In this document: positions 58,075-64,000 of the stretch, piece by piece | How the letters are laid out: each line of letters opens with the position of its first letter | How positions within the stretch are numbered: position 1 is the first letter of the stretch | Assembly: GCA_947628895.1 (NCBI GenBank) | Contig: CANRBS010000001.1 | Span: 5,783 to 69,782, forward strand | Direction: 5' to 3' | Source: an uncultured Bacilli bacterium | GTDB taxonomy: Bacteria > Bacillota_I > Bacilli_A > RF39 > UBA660 | DNA length: 64,000 nucleotides | The notes under the pieces: generated by a model | The model's database searches: none | What the model was told of the DNA's origin: nothing | What the model saw: only the letters and a program-made list of their open reading frames with translations | Made by a program: the position numbers and the translations under genes

Positions 58075-59807
58075 TAATTGGTTGGTGTAAGAACAAGACG
58101 AGAACCATTACTAGGATATGCTACACCCCTATTCCTGTCAAAGTTGAATTGACCAGTAATATATGTATTATTGTAACCACCACCACGATTAAACCAAGGC
58201 TGAGTAGAATGAACAAAATTTGAAAAGTCAGTATACCAAGTACTTTGATTATAACTACCACTACTCCAAAATGGTCCAAGCTCTCCTGTTGCATCTCCGA
58301 GGATTCTATATTTATATAACAATCTATCACTTGATTCTAAATATTTTTCTAAATATTTTGTGTATGTTTCATTTAATACTATATTTTCCATTCCACTAGC
58401 ACTTAAATCACTACCATCTCTATATGAGGCCATATATTCCCAATATCCACCACCTATATCATATATTCCACTTATATTTCCTGTTGTACTTGCTAAATGT
58501 CCTATTGATGTATTCCATTTTGAATTTTCAGTTGCACTTCCTTCTGCGTCTTTTTCATTTGCTGCATAGCCTGTTAAATAATTACTATTATTATTTATTC
58601 TTACTCCATCTTGTATTCCATATTTTGAATATGAAAGATATGCAACAGCTCCCCACTCAGTATTTTTCATCATGTGACTATCTAAGTTTCTTTTAAAATT
58701 GTAGGCACTTTGAAAAAATGTTGCAATTGTTTGATCTCTCCATGAATATACATTAGGTTTTACTATTATATTTGATGGCTTTTCTTCATCTACTTGCGCA
58801 TTTTCAGTTGTCCAAGTAGATATATCAGTATCAGTTATAGGTAAACTTGGATCTTCATTTTGATTATATCCTGTTTCAAATTTTCCTACCCAGAATCCAT
58901 TACTTGGTATACTTAAGAATGCTGGATGTGTCATTAAATCTCCTATATCACACTCCCCAGTTTCTCCACTTTCCATTGGACTTGCACATTCTTTTTTTAT
59001 TTCATCATTTACTGTTGTTCTTGTTCCAAATTCTATCTCTATTTGTTGAACACTACTTTTTTCTGGTTCACTACTTTCTAATCCTTCATAATTTCCTAAA
59101 TTGAATATTCTATAACTATATTTTGGTATCCATACAAAATATGCACGTATATCTGATTCTGCTATTACTTCCCCTTCAGTATATTTTTTACTTGGCTTGT
59201 CTACTAATATTACTGCATTTGCCCATTTCTTTTCAGTATATTTATACCACTCATCATACTCATGTGCATATGTTACTACTCCTGCATCTGATAATATTAC
59301 TGGTATCATTCCACTTCCTAGTACTGGATCAGACCCATTTAATTCACTTTCTTTGTATACTATTTTTTCTCCACTAGTTAACTCATTTCCATTACAATCT
59401 AATATTTGTGTTTTTGCTTCATTTACTTTATACTTTTTTCCTATGTCTTCCCTTTGTATTCCATTTGTATTATTTGCTATTAATTCATTTGCTTCATCTC
59501 TTGCCCTTACTTCTATTACTTTTCCTTTATCGTTAAATTTAACTATATATAATATATTACTTCTTCCATCTAAATTTAATGCATTTGTACTACTATCAAA
59601 ACATCTTACTTCTTTATTTCCAATTGAAGCAGAAATATATTTACTCTCAGCACTCTTCATTATATTTTGTACTTCACTTGTAAATGTATTAACTTTGGCA
59701 TCCCTAAACATTTTTAAAACATTTGGAAGTGCTATAATAACTAGTATTGCTAATATTGCAATTACTGCTAAAAGTTCTACTAATGTAAAAGCATTTTTAT
59801 TTTTCAT
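58074..59807 (-). CDS. modular type IV pilin with an FGE/SUMF1-like C-terminal domain (paralogue of 18734..20473)
   Basis: The leader is MKNKNA|FTLVELLAVIAILA, with Ala rather than Gly at position -1. The protein is about 80% identical to the 579-aa paralogue across the pilin domain, the central IRAYFVWIPKYSYRIF block and the C-terminal domain. Confidence 0.7.
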   Translation of the reverse strand: MKNKNAFTLVELLAVIAILAILVIIALPNVLKMFRDAKVNTFTSEVQNIMKSAESKYISASIGNKEVRCFDSSTNALNLDGRSNILYIVKFNDKGKVIEVRARDEANELIANNTNGIQREDIGKKYKVNEAKTQILDCNGNELTSGEKIVYKESELNGSDPVLGSGMIPVILSDAGVVTYAHEYDEWYKYTEKKWANAVILVDKPSKKYTEGEVIAESDIRAYFVWIPKYSYRIFNLGNYEGLESSEPEKSSVQQIEIEFGTRTTVNDEIKKECASPMESGETGECDIGDLMTHPAFLSIPSNGFWVGKFETGYNQNEDPSLPITDTDISTWTTENAQVDEEKPSNIIVKPNVYSWRDQTIATFFQSAYNFKRNLDSHMMKNTEWGAVAYLSYSKYGIQDGVRINNNSNYLTGYAANEKDAEGSATENSKWNTSIGHLASTTGNISGIYDIGGGYWEYMASYRDGSDLSASGMENIVLNETYTKYLEKYLESSDRLLYKYRILGDATGELGPFWSSGSYNQSTWYTDFSNFVHSTQPWFNRGGGYNNTYITGQFNFDRNRGVAYPSNGSRLVLTPTN

Positions 59808-59839
59808 TTGGTTTACCTCTTCTCTATTTTTACTCCCTT

Positions 59840-59866
59840 ATTATATCGTATATATATATATATCAA
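59840..59866 (-). promoter_or_regulatory. sigma-A-type promoter of the pilin-FGE paralogue with a (TA)7-containing 15-nt spacer
   Basis: The architecture matches 20506..20534 but has one TA unit fewer. The spacer is therefore 15 nt rather than 17. Confidence 0.45.
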
Positions 59867-60082
59867 GAGGCACTTCAATATTTTTACATTTAAAAATCTA
59901 CATTATGTATAACATATATGTAGACTATTTTAATCAAAATGTAGGAGGAAAGACTTGCTAACCTTTCATCTCTTTTGACCATTAAGGTGTGTGGACGCAA
60001 GATATATTTTTCCACCTCTCCTACAAAAAATATTATATCAATTTTTCTTATTTTGTCAATTTTAATTATAAATTTATTCATT

Positions 60083-60106
60083 AAAAAAGACTTCTTACGA
60101 AGCCTT
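60083..60106 (-). terminator. Rho-independent terminator of tuf
   Basis: On the minus strand the hairpin GGCUUC-GUAA-GAAGUC is followed by UUUUUU. Confidence 0.55.
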
Positions 60107-60118
60107 AATTAATTTTTA

Positions 60119-61288
60119 TTATTCTATAATTTCAGAAACTACACCAGCACCAACTGTTCTACCACCTTCACGAATTGAGAAATTAGTTCCATTTTCTATC
60201 GCGATAGGAGTGATTAATTCAACAGTCATATCTACATTATCACCTGGCATAACCATTTCAGTTCCTTCTGGTAATGTAATTACTCCTGTAACATCAGTTG
60301 TTCTAAAATAGAATTGTGGTCTGTAGTTACTAAAGAATGGTGTATGACGACCACCTTCTTCTTTAGATAATACATAAACACTAGCTTTAAATTTCTTATG
60401 TGGTGTAACACTTCCTGGTTTGCAAAGAACTTGTCCTCTTTCAACATCTTCTCTGTTGATACCACGAAGTAAAACTCCAGCATTATCTCCAGCTTCAGCA
60501 TAATCTAAAGATTTTCTGAACATTTCAATACCAGTAACTACTGTTTTTCTAGTATCTCTAATACCAACGATTTCAACTTCATCGTTAAGATTTAATCTAC
60601 CTCTTTCAACACGACCTGTAACAACAGTTCCACGACCTGTGATAGTAAATACATCTTCAATGCTCATTAAGAATGGTTTGTCATTATCTCTAACTGGAGT
60701 ATCAATCCATGAATCAACTGCAGCCATAAGATCTTTAATTGGTTGTACCCATTTTTCATCTCCTTCAAGAGCTTTAAGAGCACTACCACGAATAACTGGA
60801 GTATTTTCTCCATCAAAACCATATTCAGTTAATAATTCTCTAACTTCCATTTCTACTAAATCAAGAAGTTCAGCATCATCAACCATATCACATTTGTTGA
60901 TAAATACAACCATTTTTGGTACACCAACTTGACGTGATAATAAGATGTGTTCACGAGTTTGAGGCATTGGTCCATCTGTAGCACTAACTACTAAGATTGC
61001 TCCATCCATTTGAGCAGCACCTGTAATCATGTTTTTAACATAATCAGCGTGTCCTGGGCAGTCTACGTGAGCATAGTGACGTTTTTCAGTAGTATACTCA
61101 ACATGAGCAGTATTAATAGTAATACCTCTTTCTCTTTCTTCTGGAGCTTTATCAATTTGGTCATAAGCCATGAATTCTCCAAAATATTTAGTAATTGCAG
61201 CTGTTAATGTTGTTTTACCATGGTCAACGTGTCCAATAGTACCAATATTAACATGTTCTTTTGAACGATCGAATTTTTGTTTTGCCAT
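60119..61288 (-). CDS. tuf: elongation factor Tu
   Basis: The N-terminus reads [32 protein letters not shown]. The protein is 389 aa. Its GC content is well above the surrounding average, as expected for this conserved gene. Confidence 0.97.
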   Translation of the reverse strand: MAKQKFDRSKEHVNIGTIGHVDHGKTTLTAAITKYFGEFMAYDQIDKAPEERERGITINTAHVEYTTEKRHYAHVDCPGHADYVKNMITGAAQMDGAILVVSATDGPMPQTREHILLSRQVGVPKMVVFINKCDMVDDAELLDLVEMEVRELLTEYGFDGENTPVIRGSALKALEGDEKWVQPIKDLMAAVDSWIDTPVRDNDKPFLMSIEDVFTITGRGTVVTGRVERGRLNLNDEVEIVGIRDTRKTVVTGIEMFRKSLDYAEAGDNAGVLLRGINREDVERGQVLCKPGSVTPHKKFKASVYVLSKEEGGRHTPFFSNYRPQFYFRTTDVTGVITLPEGTEMVMPGDNVDMTVELITPIAIENGTNFSIREGGRTVGAGVVSEIIE

Positions 61289-61388
61289 TTTCTATTTTTC
61301 CTCCTTTTTTTACATATAAATATATTTTATCTAATACTTGAAATAAATTCAAGTATAAAATAACTAATTGGCAATTATAATGTACAGC

Positions 61389-63464
61389 TTATGCTTGTAC
61401 ACCATTTTTCTTAATAATATCTTCAGCTATACTCTTTGGTACTTCTTCATAATGATCAAATATCATTTGATAAGTTCCACGTCCTTGAGTATTACTTCTA
61501 AGAACAGTCATATAACCGAACATTTCTGATAGAGGTACCATAGCTTTAATTGAAATATCTCTACCAATACTTTCATTTCCAAGAGGTCTTCCTCTTCTAC
61601 TTGTTAAATCTCCCATAACTGTACCCATAAATTCTTCTGGAACTCTAACTTCTACATTCATAATAGGTTCTAAAATACATGGATTACATTTATTTTTAGC
61701 TTCTTTTAAAGCCATTGAAGCAGCAATTTTAAATGCCATTTCGTTTGAGTCTACATCATGATAAGATCCATCAAATAATGTACACTTAACATCAATCATT
61801 GGGTATCCTGCTAGTACTCCACCAGCAAGTGCTTCTTGAAGTCCTTTATCTACTACTGGTATATATTCTCTTGGAACTACACCACCAACAACTTCATCAA
61901 CAAATTCATAACCTTTATCTTTATTTGGTTCAAATTTAACCCAAACATGTCCGTATTGTCCACGGCCACCTGATTGTTTAATATATTTACCTTCGCATTC
62001 AGCAGATGATTTTAATGTTTCTCTATAAGCAACTTGTGGTTTACCAACATTTGCTTCAACATTAAATTCTCTTTTCATTCTATCTACTAATACATCTAAG
62101 TGAAGTTCACCCATACCAGCAATTATTGTTTGACCAGTTTCATGATCAGTTTTAGCTCTAAATGATGGGTCTTCTTTAGCAAGTTTTTGAAGTGCTAAAC
62201 TCATTTTTTCTTGATCTGCTTTTGATTTTGGTTCAATTGCAAGTTCAATAACTGGTTCTGGGAATACCATTTTTTCTAAAATAACTTGACTCTTTTCATC
62301 ACAAAGAGTATCTCCTGTTGTAGTATCTTTAAGACCTACAGCAGCTGCTATTTCACCAGCATATACTTCACTAATTTCTTTTCTTTGATTAGCATGCATT
62401 TGAAGAATTCTACCGATTCTTTCTTTTTCTCCATTAGTTGAGTTCATTACATAACTTCCACTCTTTAATACACCAGAGTAAACTCTAAAGAATGTTAAGT
62501 TTCCAACAAATGGGTCATTCATAACTTTAAATGCTAAAGCTGAGAATGGTTCACTATCACTTGCAGTTCTTTCTATTTCTTTATCGTTTAAATCTACTCC
62601 TTTAACAGGTGGAATATCTGTTGGAGCTGGTAAATAATCAATTACAGCATCAAGAAGTGTTCTTGTACCTTTATCTCCAAGTGCATCTGCACATAATACA
62701 GGATAGAATTTACCATCAATAGTAGATTTTCTAATAGCAGATTTTAATAAATCAACTGAAATTTCATTACCTTCAAGGTATGCTTCCATTAATTCATCAC
62801 TATAATCAGCTACTGCTTCTATTAATTTATTTCTATATTCTTCTACCTTATCTTGCATATCACTAGGAATATCTATTTCTTCTAATTCTTGTTTTTCAGT
62901 TCCATCATACTTATATGCTTTCATTGTAACTAAATCAACATATCCAGTAAAATGATCTTCTGCTCCGATTGGTAACATAATTGGTTCAGCATTAGTTGCT
63001 AATCTATTATGAATTGAATCCATTGAATAATAGAAGTCAGCTCCTATTTTTTCCATTTTATTAGCACAAATCATTCTTGGAACTTTATAATCATTTGCTT
63101 GTCTCCAAACTTGTTCAGTTTGAGTTTCAACTCCAGCTTGAGCATCAATAAGTGCAATAGCACCATCTAATACTCTTAAACTACGAGCAACTTCAATAGT
63201 GAAGTCTACATGTCCCGGAGTATCTATTATATTAAGTCTATAACCTTTCCAGTGAACAGTTGTTGCAGCACTAGTAATAGTTATACCTCTTTCTTTTTCT
63301 TGATCCATCCAGTCCATTTGTGATTCACCATCGTGTGTTTCACCAATTTTATGGATGTTTCCACCTAGGAATAAGATTCTTTCAGTTGTTGTTGTTTTAC
63401 CAGCATCAATATGAGCCATTATTCCTATATTACGAGTTTTATCTATTGAGACATCACGTGCCAT
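61389..63464 (-). CDS. fusA: elongation factor G
   Basis: The N-terminus [20 protein letters not shown] matches EF-G. The protein is 691 aa. Confidence 0.97.
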   Translation of the reverse strand: MARDVSIDKTRNIGIMAHIDAGKTTTTERILFLGGNIHKIGETHDGESQMDWMDQEKERGITITSAATTVHWKGYRLNIIDTPGHVDFTIEVARSLRVLDGAIALIDAQAGVETQTEQVWRQANDYKVPRMICANKMEKIGADFYYSMDSIHNRLATNAEPIMLPIGAEDHFTGYVDLVTMKAYKYDGTEKQELEEIDIPSDMQDKVEEYRNKLIEAVADYSDELMEAYLEGNEISVDLLKSAIRKSTIDGKFYPVLCADALGDKGTRTLLDAVIDYLPAPTDIPPVKGVDLNDKEIERTASDSEPFSALAFKVMNDPFVGNLTFFRVYSGVLKSGSYVMNSTNGEKERIGRILQMHANQRKEISEVYAGEIAAAVGLKDTTTGDTLCDEKSQVILEKMVFPEPVIELAIEPKSKADQEKMSLALQKLAKEDPSFRAKTDHETGQTIIAGMGELHLDVLVDRMKREFNVEANVGKPQVAYRETLKSSAECEGKYIKQSGGRGQYGHVWVKFEPNKDKGYEFVDEVVGGVVPREYIPVVDKGLQEALAGGVLAGYPMIDVKCTLFDGSYHDVDSNEMAFKIAASMALKEAKNKCNPCILEPIMNVEVRVPEEFMGTVMGDLTSRRGRPLGNESIGRDISIKAMVPLSEMFGYMTVLRSNTQGRGTYQMIFDHYEEVPKSIAEDIIKKNGVQA

Positions 63465-63479
63465 TTTATATCTCCCTTC

Positions 63480-63947
63480 TTACCATCTATAGTGTGCATA
63501 AGCTTTATTTGCTTCTGCCATCTTATGTGTATCTTCACGTTTCTTAACTGCTCCACCTGTATTATTTGAAGCATCTATTATTTCAGCAGCTAATTTTTCT
63601 GCCATACCTTTTCCTGGTCTATTTTTAGCATATTGAATTAACCATCTTAAAGTTAAAGCATTAGCTCTATCTTCTCTTACTTCCATTGGTACAGAATAGT
63701 TACTTCCACCAATTCTTCTACTCTTTATTTCTAAAGCTGGTTTAATATTTTCAAATGCTTGATTTAATACTTCAATTGGATCATTTCCAGTCTTTTCTTT
63801 TACTATATCAAGAGCATTATATAATATTCTTTGAGCAGTTCCTTTTTTACCATCTAACATAATTCCATTGATTAATTTAGTAATCATTTTAGAATTATAT
63901 ATTGGATCTTCTAAAACATTTCTTTTTATTGCTTGTCTTTTACGCAT
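63480..63947 (-). CDS. rpsG: 30S ribosomal protein S7
   Basis: The N-terminus [27 protein letters not shown] matches S7. The protein is 155 aa. Confidence 0.95.
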   Translation of the reverse strand: MRKRQAIKRNVLEDPIYNSKMITKLINGIMLDGKKGTAQRILYNALDIVKEKTGNDPIEVLNQAFENIKPALEIKSRRIGGSNYSVPMEVREDRANALTLRWLIQYAKNRPGKGMAEKLAAEIIDASNNTGGAVKKREDTHKMAEANKAYAHYRW

Positions 63948-64000
63948 GTTCTATTCTCCTTTCTATAAGTTTTATTTATTTACTAGTTTTTAGGTTTTTT

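Noticed and set aside
59197-59961. A 254-aa plus-strand ORF, and several 60-155 aa ORFs, lie antisense to the pilin genes. They include 19783..20202, 20079..20549, 56364..56612, 57084..57551 and 58847..59377.
   Set aside because: They lie entirely inside well-supported minus-strand pilin genes. Their translations are low-complexity Leu/Ile/Phe/His strings. They are typical antisense-frame artefacts of AT-rich coding DNA and have no RBS support.
1-64000. CRISPR arrays, rRNA or tRNA genes, transposases and integrases were looked for across the window.
   Set aside because: No direct-repeat/spacer periodicity was found. No tRNA-like GC-rich 75-nt segments with a T-loop (GTTCGAATC-like) were found. 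No DDE or tyrosine-recombinase-like ORFs were found. The only repeat is the 155-bp tandem duplication at 7621..7926.

Overview
This is a very AT-rich (about 25% GC) chromosomal segment that uses the standard genetic code. Its gene order is Bacillales/low-GC Firmicute-like. Most of the window is housekeeping: trxA, def, smc, rnc, ruvA/ruvB, rlmB and a sigH-like sigma factor, lgt, lepB, rplS, an FtsW/RodA protein, the nucleotide genes folA-thyA-tmk, rnhC, mutS, tig, greA, the yrzL-ruvX-yrzB-mltG-yrrM-yrrN-yrrO block, trpS, uppS, mgtE, helD, a marR-bmrCD-like exporter, and tuf-fusA-rpsG. I found no rRNA, tRNA or CRISPR. Against this backbone there are several accessory or unusual elements. The most distinctive is a dispersed set of three large 'modular' type IV prepilin-like genes. 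Two are paralogues that carry a C-terminal FGE/SUMF1-like domain with a C-type-lectin-like fold. The third carries a Listeria/Bacteroides flg_new repeat plus a Gly-rich domain. All three sit behind near-identical sigma-A-type promoters. In the two FGE paralogues the promoter spacer is a (TA)n tract of different length, which is a candidate phase-variation switch. Also part of this set are a Cys-rich short pilin next to a secreted CPHC thioredoxin-like oxidoreductase, and a membrane-anchored XRE regulator. Other notable items follow. A tandem pair of cytoplasmic HExxH proteins lies next to ruvB. Two paralogous membrane-anchored proteins share a TasA/SipW-cognate-like N-terminus and a conserved RPVITIS C-terminal motif. 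A roughly 1.2 kb insertion occupies the conserved rnc-smc junction; it holds a possible PD-(D/E)xK protein and a 155-bp tandem duplication. A polyprenyl synthase carries a 300-aa N-terminal extension. A leaderless GH25 endolysin-like gene is present. A small structured element lies between tuf and a pilin gene.
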